A DNA stretch of 64,000 nucleotides, taken from a virus. The translations under genes were made by a program, and so were the position numbers. Each line of letters opens with the position of its first letter. The stretch's first letter is position 1. Shown piece after piece: positions 44,946 to 54,250 of the stretch. Location of the stretch: IMG/VR virus record IMGVR_UViG_3300022698_000267, positions 37,575 through 101,574 of that record; one strand, given 5' to 3'. Below the pieces are notes generated by a model. The model saw only the letters and a list, made by a program, of their open reading frames with translations. It had not been told where the DNA came from and searched no databases.

Positions 44946-46121
44946 ATGGACAATACAATCGATGTTTGTTTTACCTTTGATACTACTGGATCAATGTACC
45001 CTTGTCTAACACAGTTGCGACGATATCTTAGTGAGACCTGTGAGCAATTATTTAAAGACATACCTGACCTTCGGATAGCATTCATTGCCCATGGCGACTA
45101 TGATGATGCACCGTACACGTATGTAACCAAGGTCTTTAACTTTTCCAGAGACAAGAATAAGATTGTCAATTTTGTTCGTACAGTTGGTCCGACGGATGGA
45201 TATGACAGACCAGAATGTTACGAGCTGGTCTTACATAAGGCTAGGACTGAACTTGATTGGCGATCTGGTCGTTCCAAAGTTTTGGTTATGATTGGTGATG
45301 ATGTTCCTCATGGTCCAGATTACAGGAAAAATCGTGATCGTATTGACTGGAGGAATGAATTGGGACTTCTTCTTGAAGCACAAATCAATGTTTATGGTGT
45401 GCACTGTATGCCTGGAACCAGATGGCATTCTAAACCTTTTTATACAGAGATTGCTAAAAAAACTGGAGGGTTTTACCTGACTTTAGATCAATTCTCTTAT
45501 ATTCGTGATTTGGTTATGTCCATTTGTTATAAGCAGGAAAGTCCTGAGGCTTTGGATCGTTTTGTAGATGAGATTAAAGTTCAAGGTCGTATGAATCGAA
45601 ATCTTGCTTTTTCAATCAGTGTCATGACCGGAGAAGCTACATATTCGGAAGAGGAGGAAGTGTACGAGGCTCCAACATACAAAAGACCTCCAAGAACAAG
45701 GAAGTATGCTTTTGAAAAGGATGGACTTATACCTGTTCCATCTGGTCGTTTTCAGGTTCTTCCTGTTGATGATGAATGTACAATCAAAAATTTTATTGCT
45801 GAGCAGGGTGTATCATATGAAAAGGGCCGGGGATTTTATGAACTGATAAGACATGGCAGAAAAAGATACAAAGTACAACCATACAAAGAAATTATCCTTA
45901 TGGACCGTGAATCTGGTGATCTTTTTACTGGTGCAGAACCAAGGAAGATGCTGGGTTTACGTCCTTTCATGGCTAGGAGTGATTACAAAGGAGAAGTATA
46001 CGATACTTTACCTCCTAATCAATTGCCAAATTATCGGGTATTCATTCAATCGACATCTTATACCAGGAAACTTGTTCCTGGAAGCAGCTTGTTATATGAA
46101 GTGGAGGATTGGAAATACTAA
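44946..46121 (+). CDS. von Willebrand factor A domain protein
   Basis: MIDAS CFTFDTTGSM; VLVMIGDDVPHGP; AAAGGAG RBS. Confidence 0.55.
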   Translation: MDNTIDVCFTFDTTGSMYPCLTQLRRYLSETCEQLFKDIPDLRIAFIAHGDYDDAPYTYVTKVFNFSRDKNKIVNFVRTVGPTDGYDRPECYELVLHKARTELDWRSGRSKVLVMIGDDVPHGPDYRKNRDRIDWRNELGLLLEAQINVYGVHCMPGTRWHSKPFYTEIAKKTGGFYLTLDQFSYIRDLVMSICYKQESPEALDRFVDEIKVQGRMNRNLAFSISVMTGEATYSEEEEVYEAPTYKRPPRTRKYAFEKDGLIPVPSGRFQVLPVDDECTIKNFIAEQGVSYEKGRGFYELIRHGRKRYKVQPYKEIILMDRESGDLFTGAEPRKMLGLRPFMARSDYKGEVYDTLPPNQLPNYRVFIQSTSYTRKLVPGSSLLYEVEDWKY

Positions 46122-46149
46122 TTATATCTATAACTATCGGACTAAAGAC

Positions 46150-46455
46150 ATGCAATTTCAAAATGTTACGGATTTTAAAGATTATTTTAAAAGATCTTTT
46201 GGAGTGTTTCAAGATCTATATCCACACGATATAGATAAGCAGATTGATTTGGCTTTAGATGATACCTTACGGATGGAATTCTTGGGAATCGAGGTTTACT
46301 GTACAAGTTGTGGTTGTCCTCAACAAGCAGATGATATTCTTTGTTATGAATGTCAGGAAACATTACTTGTACCTAAATGTGATTCTTGTAAAGCACTGAT
46401 TCCAAGATCTTTATGTTGGAATTGTTTTAAGGTTGAATCTGGAATTCAATCCTAA
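46150..46455 (+). CDS. Cys-rich zinc-finger protein, paralog of 29751..30125
   Basis: DFKDYFKRSFGVFQDLYP...KQIDLALDDTLRM shared with 29751 ORF. Confidence 0.45.
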   Translation: MQFQNVTDFKDYFKRSFGVFQDLYPHDIDKQIDLALDDTLRMEFLGIEVYCTSCGCPQQADDILCYECQETLLVPKCDSCKALIPRSLCWNCFKVESGIQS

Positions 46456-46547
46456 AGATTTTGAATCGAAACCTAGAAGGTTTTCTGCTAAAAATACTAA
46501 ATAATAATTGAATGATTTGCTTTTGTGTATAAAAGGGGAGGTCGAAG

Positions 46548-46868
46548 GTGTCTAAATCTACGAAACTTCTTTACTTACGTGAAAGAAAGGAAAAAATTCC
46601 TTGTGGAAATGAAGATTGTCCTTTTTGGTCTTCAGAAGCAGCAACACATTGTGATGATGCTGAGCATGGTGGGGATGCAACATCAGAATGTACTGTGTAT
46701 TTTCCACAACCGGAAAAATCAAATATTTTCAATGCAGAACAAACCGTGACTATTGGAACAATAACATCGGATTCTGCTTTTTCTTTGACCGAGCTTCTGC
46801 TGAATAAAGGTTTCTCAATGAATGTTACCACTATCAACTCTTTGTGGCATATCGAGGCCTGGAAATAG
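46548..46868 (+). CDS. hypothetical protein (GTG start)
   Basis: GGGGAGG RBS before GTG. Confidence 0.45.
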   Translation: MSKSTKLLYLRERKEKIPCGNEDCPFWSSEAATHCDDAEHGGDATSECTVYFPQPEKSNIFNAEQTVTIGTITSDSAFSLTELLLNKGFSMNVTTINSLWHIEAWK

Positions 46869-47218
46869 TGACAAAGGTTATTCCTTTTAAATATGTTCCA
46901 AGCCTTTATTATCGGGAATGGATGCAAGATTGTGGTGCAGGAGTTATGCTTGGTTATGATGTTGTTGAAGCCAAGAACCGGTCGCGTGCAAAAGATTTTC
47001 CCGCTTATAATATGTATAATCAAGGGAAATTCACAAAGATTGTTCGAGTAAAAAACAAACATCGTGCATTATCTGAGGTTCAATTATCTACGATTTATGG
47101 AATGAAACCTTACGAAAAAAAGTTAAAAACAACAGTTCGATTTGCAGAAATAATTGCTTGGATTCTAACTTTCATTATTTTAGGAGTACTTCTCGGACTG
47201 ATAGGTAAGAATATTTAG
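46844..47218 (+). CDS. membrane-anchored hypothetical protein; start uncertain
   Basis: C-terminal TM IIAWILTFIILGVLLGLIG; no clear RBS at track start. Confidence 0.35.
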   Translation: MAYRGLEIVTKVIPFKYVPSLYYREWMQDCGAGVMLGYDVVEAKNRSRAKDFPAYNMYNQGKFTKIVRVKNKHRALSEVQLSTIYGMKPYEKKLKTTVRFAEIIAWILTFIILGVLLGLIGKNI

Positions 47219-47220
47219 AG

Positions 47221-47868
47221 ATGTCCGGAATTTTATCTGGTCCTCAGGAGCTTGACTATAGACATAAATTGAGTAAAACACCTCCACCTGATAAGACAGT
47301 TGAGGAATTAGCGGAAGAGAATCAATTAACCCTTATGAACTGTGATAGGAGGAAGTGTAAACTTCTTCCAAAAGCCTGTGCTAGAATTTGGTGGGAGGTT
47401 AATAAGTTAAAGAAGAATGGAGGAAAATTCAACAGTTGCTATCGATGTTCTGTTGGTCAAAAACTGGCAGATGAACTCGAGGCAGTAAGACTTGTCAATC
47501 AACATTTTCTTTGTGTTCAATGTGGAAATGAACCAGCCATGTTACACCCGGCTACTAAAAGACCTTTTAAGCATGGTCTAGGAAAGGAATGTTTCAAGTT
47601 AAGAATGGCTGAGAGAAGGAAGAAAAAATTGGAGGAAAAAGGGAAAGTGTCTGAGGAAAAAGGGAAAGTGTCTGAGGAAAAAGGGAAAGTGTCTGAGAAA
47701 AAAGCTGCAAAAGCTAAGGATAGTGATAATATTTTGAATATTGATTTTAACTCCCATCCTTATCTTCTAAGAAAACTACACGAGCAAGCAGTTCTTGAAA
47801 TGCGAACAGATGAAATGCAAGCTCTCTGGATTTTAAAGACAGTCCTGGAAGATGTTAACAATGGATGA
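47221..47868 (+). CDS. hypothetical protein with EKGKVSE x3 repeat
   Basis: ORF; internal 21-bp repeats. Confidence 0.45.
   Translation: MSGILSGPQELDYRHKLSKTPPPDKTVEELAEENQLTLMNCDRRKCKLLPKACARIWWEVNKLKKNGGKFNSCYRCSVGQKLADELEAVRLVNQHFLCVQCGNEPAMLHPATKRPFKHGLGKECFKLRMAERRKKKLEEKGKVSEEKGKVSEEKGKVSEKKAAKAKDSDNILNIDFNSHPYLLRKLHEQAVLEMRTDEMQALWILKTVLEDVNNG
47641..47703 (+). repeat. 21-bp in-frame tandem repeat x3
   Basis: GGGAAAGTGTCTGAGGAAAAA x3. Confidence 0.7.
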
Positions 47869-48106
47869 AAAATATAAAGATATTGGATTCCCTCCAGATC
47901 AGCTTATTGAGGAATGCTCAGAAGTAATTACTGAATGTTCAAGTCTTATCAAGTTGATTTGTAAAGCCAGGAGGTTTGGTTGGGATTCAAACCATCCAGC
48001 TGAGGTTGAGACTAATTTGCAACGGGTTTCATCTGAGTTAGGTGATTTAGAGATTCGAATTTATGAGTTTCGAAAATGGTTGGAGGAAAAAGGAAATGCA
48101 CGTTGA
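47852..48106 (+). CDS. hypothetical protein
   Basis: ORF. Confidence 0.4.
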   Translation: MLTMDEKYKDIGFPPDQLIEECSEVITECSSLIKLICKARRFGWDSNHPAEVETNLQRVSSELGDLEIRIYEFRKWLEEKGNAR

Positions 48107-48293
48107 ATTTACGTCCGATGGATCTTTATACATAGCTTCTAGTAATTCTATGGAAGATTTTACTTTAGAAGCCTGGTGGGAGCGTTTTCAAGATGGAAAG
48201 GTAATATTTGGAATTAGAACTGAAAATGATGGACCTCCAAATTCTAGCAAAATTAAGAAGACAGACAGTAAAGGTTTGCACTTTAACAACTAG
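48063..48293 (+). CDS. hypothetical protein
   Basis: GGAGGAAAAAGGAA RBS. Confidence 0.4.
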   Translation: MSFENGWRKKEMHVEFTSDGSLYIASSNSMEDFTLEAWWERFQDGKVIFGIRTENDGPPNSSKIKKTDSKGLHFNN

Positions 48294-48305
48294 GAGATTC
48301 TTTCT

Positions 48306-48659
48306 ATGAAAAGTTCACTTCCAATTAATCTAGAAGACTTGAGAGTAGAACATCCTATGTATCCAACTCCCAAAAAAGGAAGTATAGAGGGAGCTTTTTT
48401 GATCCCATATGCTGATACAGATTTAAGGATTCTTTCTGGTTGTGGAGATGGATGGGATCATGTTTCCGTTTCTGTTGCACATCGTTGTCCAACTTGGAAT
48501 GAGATGTGTTTCGTCAAAAATTTGTTTTTTGAAAAAGAAGAATTGGTTTTACAATTTCATCCACCAGAAAGCAAATATAAAAATTGTCATCCCTATGTTT
48601 TGCATCTTTGGAGACCATGGAATCAAAAAATTCAACTTCCACCAGCAAATATGATTTAA
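48306..48659 (+). CDS. hypothetical protein
   Basis: TAGGAG RBS. Confidence 0.45.
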   Translation: MKSSLPINLEDLRVEHPMYPTPKKGSIEGAFLIPYADTDLRILSGCGDGWDHVSVSVAHRCPTWNEMCFVKNLFFEKEELVLQFHPPESKYKNCHPYVLHLWRPWNQKIQLPPANMI

Positions 48660-48660
48660 A

Positions 48661-48897
48661 ATGACAACAGAGTCAGAATCAATAGAACACAGAATACATA
48701 AGGAATATGATAGGGTCTATCAACTTCTAGGACAAAATCCAACCATTTTATTTCTTGGAAGAAAAGAGATGTACGAATTTCGACAATTTGTATCTAATCT
48801 ACCTGTAAAGCATAATGAGGATGAGATAGAAATGTTTCTTGGTATGACAATTCGTTTTTTAGGTCATAAACTCTCACATCTTGAGGCAGCTTTTTAA
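48661..48897 (+). CDS. hypothetical protein
   Basis: ORF. Confidence 0.4.
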   Translation: MTTESESIEHRIHKEYDRVYQLLGQNPTILFLGRKEMYEFRQFVSNLPVKHNEDEIEMFLGMTIRFLGHKLSHLEAAF

Positions 48898-48907
48898 GGG
48901 GGTATAA

Positions 48908-48994
48908 ATGAAGAATAGATTTAGCAACAATGTTTTGATGATATTTTTGGGAGTTGCAATAGTATACCTTGTAGTCTTGTATTTAATTAACTGA
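48908..48994 (+). CDS. 28-aa transmembrane mini-protein
   Basis: AAGGGGG RBS 6 nt before ATG; hydrophobic core. Confidence 0.3.
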   Translation: MKNRFSNNVLMIFLGVAIVYLVVLYLIN

Positions 48995-49008
48995 GAAAGG
49001 TAGATAAA

Positions 49009-49221
49009 ATGGCTACATTGCTTGTAGTAATGTTGATTTTTCAGATTATTATTTGTGCAAGTCATGGGGGTGTACCAACTAACGGCTACGATTTTATCGA
49101 ACCAGATAATGAAGATACTATAAGGAAACGTAATCCTGAAATGTCTGATGAAGAAATTGAGTACTGTTTACAAGAAGAGGCCAATTACTTTATGGTTGAT
49201 ATTGATTCTTTAAGGAAATAA
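49009..49221 (+). CDS. hypothetical secreted small protein
   Basis: GAAAGG RBS. Confidence 0.4.
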   Translation: MATLLVVMLIFQIIICASHGGVPTNGYDFIEPDNEDTIRKRNPEMSDEEIEYCLQEEANYFMVDIDSLRK

Positions 49222-49222
49222 A

Positions 49223-49738
49223 ATGTCTAAACGATACGGTCGAAATCAGAAAAGGCGACATCGAGAAAAAATTGCAAAATTACAGGATGATTTAAAGGTA
49301 TGTGAACAGACTTTAGATGCATCTAAAAGAATTATTAATGACACTGCTTGGCATCTTCGTGAACTTACTCAAACCATTGAAAAATTCTGTATTAATTCTA
49401 TATTACTACCTCCAAAAAAGATTAAACTTTCTATAATTCCTGAAAGGGTCCAATTGGAACTAATGAATCCTTTTGATCTAAACTTCGATCCAGATAACTT
49501 TGCTCCAAATGCATCTATAGAAATTATAGATCTACTTAGTTTGGAAGTATTTATGGAATCCAAGTACGATTTTCTTAAACATCAAGTTCATGTAATAGTG
49601 GAGGCCGGTAAGGGAAGAACATCTTATGCCATATCTCAAGAAGGTTTAGTAAATTACCCAATCGATTATCTTGTACGAAATTTGGCTCCAGATATTGCAT
49701 TAAAACTAGCAAAAATCCTGAAGATGGAATTGAAATGA
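49223..49738 (+). CDS. hypothetical protein
   Basis: AAGGAA RBS. Confidence 0.45.
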   Translation: MSKRYGRNQKRRHREKIAKLQDDLKVCEQTLDASKRIINDTAWHLRELTQTIEKFCINSILLPPKKIKLSIIPERVQLELMNPFDLNFDPDNFAPNASIEIIDLLSLEVFMESKYDFLKHQVHVIVEAGKGRTSYAISQEGLVNYPIDYLVRNLAPDIALKLAKILKMELK

Positions 49739-49923
49739 AATTTTGTGATAATGAGAAATGTTTTTGTCATCGAGAAGTTGATAAAAATACTAATAATAAT
49801 ATGACACTTACCTTTAATGGGATAAAAAGAAAGATAGCTAGATACGAATATATCATGGATGGCAAATGCAAATTCTTCTGTGAAATTTGTAAGAATGCTA
49901 TTGATATGTTTGGTGAGGATTAA
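49735..49923 (+). CDS. Cys-rich small protein
   Basis: ATGA overlap. Confidence 0.4.
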   Translation: MKFCDNEKCFCHREVDKNTNNNMTLTFNGIKRKIARYEYIMDGKCKFFCEICKNAIDMFGED

Positions 49924-49924
49924 A

Positions 49925-50137
49925 ATGCTGAAGGTTAAGCAAATAAGAAACGATATATACTCCATACTTAATGGCAAGGGAAGTATTCGCCGTGAATATG
50001 GAGAAACTCCTGCTGGAAATGCTATGAATGGTCGATGGGTTTTTCGTGATGAAAATGGTAGAATGATTGACTATGACCAATATCGACACGATTTGTTTGA
50101 AAGACATGATATAGAGGAGGATCATGGCAGCAACTAA
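49925..50137 (+). CDS. hypothetical protein
   Basis: GAGGA RBS. Confidence 0.4.
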   Translation: MLKVKQIRNDIYSILNGKGSIRREYGETPAGNAMNGRWVFRDENGRMIDYDQYRHDLFERHDIEEDHGSN

Positions 50138-50333
50138 TCTTCAAAAGATGAGTTGTGGAGCTTGTGGAGTATCCAAATTCATGATTTATAAGAAAAAGGA
50201 TGCTGAAGAGTTACATGTAGAATGTCAGGGATGCAAAAGCACATCTATAATTTCTTGTTCGAAACCTGCCTTACGGATTGATTGGGGTGAGAAATCTGAT
50301 GGTTTGTTGGTAGTATTTCCAGAAAACCTTTAA
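50124..50333 (+). CDS. Cys-containing small protein
   Basis: GAGGAGG RBS. Confidence 0.45.
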   Translation: MAATNLQKMSCGACGVSKFMIYKKKDAEELHVECQGCKSTSIISCSKPALRIDWGEKSDGLLVVFPENL

Positions 50334-50350
50334 TCTAGGAGGACCTACAA

Positions 50351-51670
50351 ATGAAACAAGTGGCAAAGACTTTAAAGGAAATGAAAGATGATTCAGTAAT
50401 GGGTCAGGTTCTTGATCGGACAATGCTTCTAAGTGATGATGTGATCGATGAAATTTTGGGTTGGTGGTCATTCGATCTGTTGAAAAGAAAAGCCGGCTTG
50501 GCATTGGACGGAATTGCTTATGGATTGGATTTATCCACTGTTCTATATGAATTTGCAAAAAGGAAAATGGTTGTAAATTTTCCAACGTATCATAGTATGA
50601 GAGGATCTACCATTACGGAAGGACAGAACGTTGTGTCTAAGGAGAACCGTCATGGTCCCATTCTACGGTTGAATGCAAATAAGGATATGTTCTCCTTCAG
50701 TGTCTTGACAAATGACGCAAATGTAATGGGTACAGACAGTGTTGGAGCATTCAGGTCTTTTGCTGTTGTAGGTTTGACCGGAGAATTCGATGCCACATGG
50801 GAAAGAATCGAATTTATGCCTCCAAAAGATATCAAAGACCATTTTAATGATGAAGGTCTTGGAAATCACATTACCGTTAAGCATTTTGTTCATCCGGCTA
50901 GGAGATCACAGGTTTATGGTCAATATTATGTGAAAACAAGGGCTGCATATCAAAGGTTGCAAGAGGAACTTGAACACCTGTCATTTTTGAAAAAACGTTT
51001 CGAGCATGAGGGAATAGTTCGTGATGAGGGTGAGAAAAAAGAGTGGCCCAAATCCACTACGGATTACAGCACAACCAAGAAGGTTTCTGTTCCGGCCTTT
51101 GAAATGATACTACATATTCCGAATATGCTTCCACATCCGGTGGCAAAATTTGTGGGCAAGCAGAAGTCACCCTCACAATGGGAGAAGTTTAAAGGAAAAC
51201 AACATGCTTCCAGATGGGATGAATGGGTTGATAAAAGGAATAAGTTGATGGATGCCTTTTCTGACGTTCCTTGGTTTCCAGAGCTTGATGCAAATGACCT
51301 GGATTTTATTGAAGATCGCATTAAATACTTGCGATATGATTTGCTTCCTACCCTGAATTTTTTGCTTCGGTCAGCAGAGCTTGCCTTTTGCAAATATGGT
51401 AAGGGTGCAACTGCTGACCCAGTAATGCCTCCTTGGATTAAAACAACAAGGGTCAGGGATGCATGGAATCCTGGTTTTACTATACCAGCACTTGATCGTG
51501 AAATTGAAGGCTTCAAATCTACAAAACCAAAAGTTTCGTGGGATAGATTAGTTCTATTTCAGGATAAGATTGGTGAGTACGGAACCTCATTGCTGAAGAG
51601 GACTTTTGAGAAGAATCAAACAGTGAATGTCAATTACGATTTCACATACCCAGAATGGTTTCGGGGTTAA
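50351..51670 (+). CDS. hypothetical protein (439 aa), GC-richer; possibly structural
   Basis: TAGGAGG RBS; no motif recognised. Confidence 0.5.
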   Translation: MKQVAKTLKEMKDDSVMGQVLDRTMLLSDDVIDEILGWWSFDLLKRKAGLALDGIAYGLDLSTVLYEFAKRKMVVNFPTYHSMRGSTITEGQNVVSKENRHGPILRLNANKDMFSFSVLTNDANVMGTDSVGAFRSFAVVGLTGEFDATWERIEFMPPKDIKDHFNDEGLGNHITVKHFVHPARRSQVYGQYYVKTRAAYQRLQEELEHLSFLKKRFEHEGIVRDEGEKKEWPKSTTDYSTTKKVSVPAFEMILHIPNMLPHPVAKFVGKQKSPSQWEKFKGKQHASRWDEWVDKRNKLMDAFSDVPWFPELDANDLDFIEDRIKYLRYDLLPTLNFLLRSAELAFCKYGKGATADPVMPPWIKTTRVRDAWNPGFTIPALDREIEGFKSTKPKVSWDRLVLFQDKIGEYGTSLLKRTFEKNQTVNVNYDFTYPEWFRG

Positions 51671-51688
51671 TATTCAGCGATACTGAAA

Positions 51689-51994
51689 ATGATAGTTCAT
51701 CCTTGCGACACGTATCCAACTTGTGATACGTGTCCAACATATACAAGTACTACTGAAGCAACAGATTCAGTACGAATATATGTTGGAAATTCATTCGTTA
51801 GTGAAACTAAACGTGATGAAGAAAAGGCATTCAAGGATTATAAAGAATTACAACATTTAATGCATGTTGCAGAAAGGCATGCAGAACAAAAAGCATGGTG
51901 GTATGCTGGTTTTGGAAAAGTTCATCTTTACGACGTTAAACCAAAAAGTCATTTAATTCATAGACGAATGATGTCCTGTAATAGATTTGATTAA
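51689..51994 (+). CDS. hypothetical protein
   Basis: ORF. Confidence 0.4.
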   Translation: MIVHPCDTYPTCDTCPTYTSTTEATDSVRIYVGNSFVSETKRDEEKAFKDYKELQHLMHVAERHAEQKAWWYAGFGKVHLYDVKPKSHLIHRRMMSCNRFD

Positions 51995-52027
51995 GAAGCA
52001 GAATTTTAAAGTGAAAAGGGAATTAGA

Positions 52028-52327
52028 ATGCCAATCGTAATTATTCATGAAGAAGTTTTTAGTTCCAAAGACGCTAACCCAGGTTTATATGGATCAGTTG
52101 ACTTTCCTGGGGAAATGTTAATCAAAACTCATTCAGGATTATGGTTTAATACTGCAGGTACGGAATTAAATCCCAAAGAAATTTTTCTTACTAATGTCTA
52201 CACAGATCCTGATGAAGAAGAGATAAATCCAAGTGGAGAGAAGTATAAAGAAACAAGTCTAACAGATTGTAAGCATGATTTTTTCATGGCTGTTTGTAAG
52301 AAATGTAAACAAGTTGTTCCACTTTAA
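52028..52327 (+). CDS. hypothetical protein
   Basis: AAGGGAA RBS. Confidence 0.45.
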   Translation: MPIVIIHEEVFSSKDANPGLYGSVDFPGEMLIKTHSGLWFNTAGTELNPKEIFLTNVYTDPDEEEINPSGEKYKETSLTDCKHDFFMAVCKKCKQVVPL

Positions 52328-52328
52328 A

Positions 52329-52526
52329 ATGATAGAACCCATTATACATAAACAAGGTAGGGAAACTGCTACAAAATATGTAGGGTTTGGTCAGTACGAA
52401 GAGATAAAAGCTCCTCTATGTGTGGGTGCCAAAATGTTGTATAAGGGTTTCTCTTATTATATACATAGAAACTGGAAGTATGTGACATGTAAACATTGTT
52501 TGAAGAAAAAGAGGATTAGAAAGTGA
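52329..52526 (+). CDS. hypothetical Cys-containing protein
   Basis: ATG right after upstream TAA. Confidence 0.4.
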   Translation: MIEPIIHKQGRETATKYVGFGQYEEIKAPLCVGAKMLYKGFSYYIHRNWKYVTCKHCLKKKRIRK

Positions 52527-52536
52527 TTAAAAATAG

Positions 52537-52670
52537 CTGGCAGCGGCGCTGGAGCGAAAGCGCACCGTATCGAGCACGGGAGTAATTGGGTGGATGTCCA
52601 GGGCTCGACCGATGGGGTACTAAACGATCCGTCAAATTGCTCATAGCCGGGGTAGCGTCCGGTCTGCCAG
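52537..52670 (+). other. GC-rich (about 55%) structured intergenic element: candidate ncRNA/riboswitch/intron remnant
   Basis: Closing stem CTGGCAG/CTGCCAG; inner hairpins CGGCGC...GCGCACCG with GAAA-containing loop, TCGAGC/GCTCGA, CCGGGG/TCCGG. Confidence 0.35.
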
Positions 52671-52709
52671 TTAAAATAACTACTAGAAGTGAAATACAGG
52701 GATAATTGA

Positions 52710-52904
52710 ATGAGACGTTGCTATTTTTGTAAAGAACCAATCTCATTACTAGCAACTTATTATATAGTAAAGGTTCCTACGAAACCAAAAGGTGTGTCAA
52801 ATAGATGGAAACAAATTGGAGTTGCTTGTGAAAGATGTCAGGATAAGACACCTATAAAGGATAAAAGGAAAGATAATGACAAATATAGTCTGTACTCGGA
52901 CTGA
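52710..52904 (+). CDS. Cys-rich small protein
   Basis: ORF. Confidence 0.4.
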   Translation: MRRCYFCKEPISLLATYYIVKVPTKPKGVSNRWKQIGVACERCQDKTPIKDKRKDNDKYSLYSD

Positions 52905-53064
52905 ATGTTTTTACAATATACTGTGTGTAGGTTATTTTGGATGTAAAGCAACTGCTATTGGAATTACTGAGAAAGGATGCGATACTTATTTTAATTACTC
53001 TGAAACTCTAAAAGAAATTGAAGAGGAATTTCAAGTTGCTTCAGATTCTGAAAAGGTCGATTGA
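52876..53064 (+). CDS. Cys-containing small protein
   Basis: AAAGGAAAG RBS. Confidence 0.4.
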   Translation: MTNIVCTRTECFYNILCVGYFGCKATAIGITEKGCDTYFNYSETLKEIEEEFQVASDSEKVD

Positions 53065-53498
53065 TGAACATTGAAAAAGCTCGTAAGATTATAGGAAAAA
53101 CTGAATATTTTCGTTCATACTTTCGGAAAGATATAGTTGATGCAATTAATTGGGTACTTGACACTTATCCGAATTGTGACAATTCCATATGCAGCAAACA
53201 CCTATATCATGAATCAGGATGTAAACTTTGCGAAGCAATTACTGTGGCTGAGTTAATCATAATTGATAAGAGAGGAGAGACAATGAAAGATACTAATATA
53301 AGGGAAAAATTAAAGAAGGAATCAGCCCGTCTAGAGAGTCTGAAGAAGTCTATAGACGCTGTTCTGGCAGAACCCATAGAGGAATCAGAACCATCGGATG
53401 TTAGTATAACTCTGGTTGGAAATCCCGAATGGTTACAAAAGCTTCAAGAACTTCATGAGCTTCATGAAGAGTTGGTTGCGGAGGCTATTGTCAAATGA
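53061..53498 (+). CDS. hypothetical protein
   Basis: ATGA overlap. Confidence 0.45.
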   Translation: MMNIEKARKIIGKTEYFRSYFRKDIVDAINWVLDTYPNCDNSICSKHLYHESGCKLCEAITVAELIIIDKRGETMKDTNIREKLKKESARLESLKKSIDAVLAEPIEESEPSDVSITLVGNPEWLQKLQELHELHEELVAEAIVK

Positions 53499-53656
53499 AA
53501 TTAGAAGATTACATCGAGAAGGCTAAAAAAGAATTAGATGATCTACAAAACCAATTTGTGGAAAGCAATAAGAAAGATCCTGATATGTGGCCTTTGGAAA
53601 TGGAAGAGACTGATTGGGGCGATCAGGAATTGGCCGCAAGGTTTGGACAGATTTAA
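53495..53656 (+). CDS. hypothetical 53-aa protein
   Basis: ATGA overlap start. Confidence 0.3.
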   Translation: MKLEDYIEKAKKELDDLQNQFVESNKKDPDMWPLEMEETDWGDQELAARFGQI

Positions 53657-53659
53657 ATT

Positions 53660-53836
53660 ATGAGTAGTGCAATCGATATAAATGATTTTTTAAAATCTAC
53701 AGAATCTAATGTCTGTATGGGTCATTTCATGGATATGCCAGATTGTCCTGGTAAAATTGATAGTAAACTCCCTATCTGTAAAGATTGTGTTGCTCAAGCA
53801 ATGGAAGCAATGGAGCAGTCAATATGGCAACAATAA
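53660..53836 (+). CDS. Cys-rich 58-aa protein
   Basis: CMGHFMDMPDCPG...CKDC. Confidence 0.3.
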   Translation: MSSAIDINDFLKSTESNVCMGHFMDMPDCPGKIDSKLPICKDCVAQAMEAMEQSIWQQ

Positions 53837-54036
53837 GTCCAGCAATTAAAGAAATTTCTGAGTTGATTATCAAAGAGGGAAATATCAGATCCAATACTGA
53901 CCAATACCAAAATACTAATTCTGCTATTCATTCTGTATTAATGGATCTGGTTCCAATATTATGTGGAACTATGGAAAAGAATGTTAAAAGAAAAAAGAAA
54001 ACTGGAAGCAATGATGAAATTGCGAACTGTTTGTGA
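53824..54036 (+). CDS. hypothetical protein
   Basis: GGAGCAG RBS. Confidence 0.35.
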   Translation: MATISPAIKEISELIIKEGNIRSNTDQYQNTNSAIHSVLMDLVPILCGTMEKNVKRKKKTGSNDEIANCL

Positions 54037-54250
54037 AAGAGAAATATGGTCTGGTTTCTTTGGAATAGATGAATATGGTACTCAGCCTGAATGTGGACAA
54101 GAGATTGAAATAGAAGTAGAAGAGGATTGTATAATCAATGACAAATATGGAATTCGACCCTCATTTTCAGTGGAATGTCCAAAATGTCATGGAACTATAG
54201 CATGGCCTCAACAGTGGGAAGTTGTGGAGAATGATAATGATAATAAATGA
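54011..54250 (+). CDS. Cys-containing hypothetical protein
   Basis: ORF. Confidence 0.35.
   Translation: MMKLRTVCEREIWSGFFGIDEYGTQPECGQEIEIEVEEDCIINDKYGIRPSFSVECPKCHGTIAWPQQWEVVENDNDNK

Noticed and set aside
50351-51670. RNA ligase motif (KENRHG) in the 439-aa ORF
   Set aside because: Does not fit KxDG/KxHG spacing (no Gly at +3) and no other ligase motifs; left as hypothetical.
52516-52755. 79-aa minus-strand ORF
   Set aside because: Lies entirely on the GC-rich structured element and intergenic DNA; ORF is a compositional artefact.
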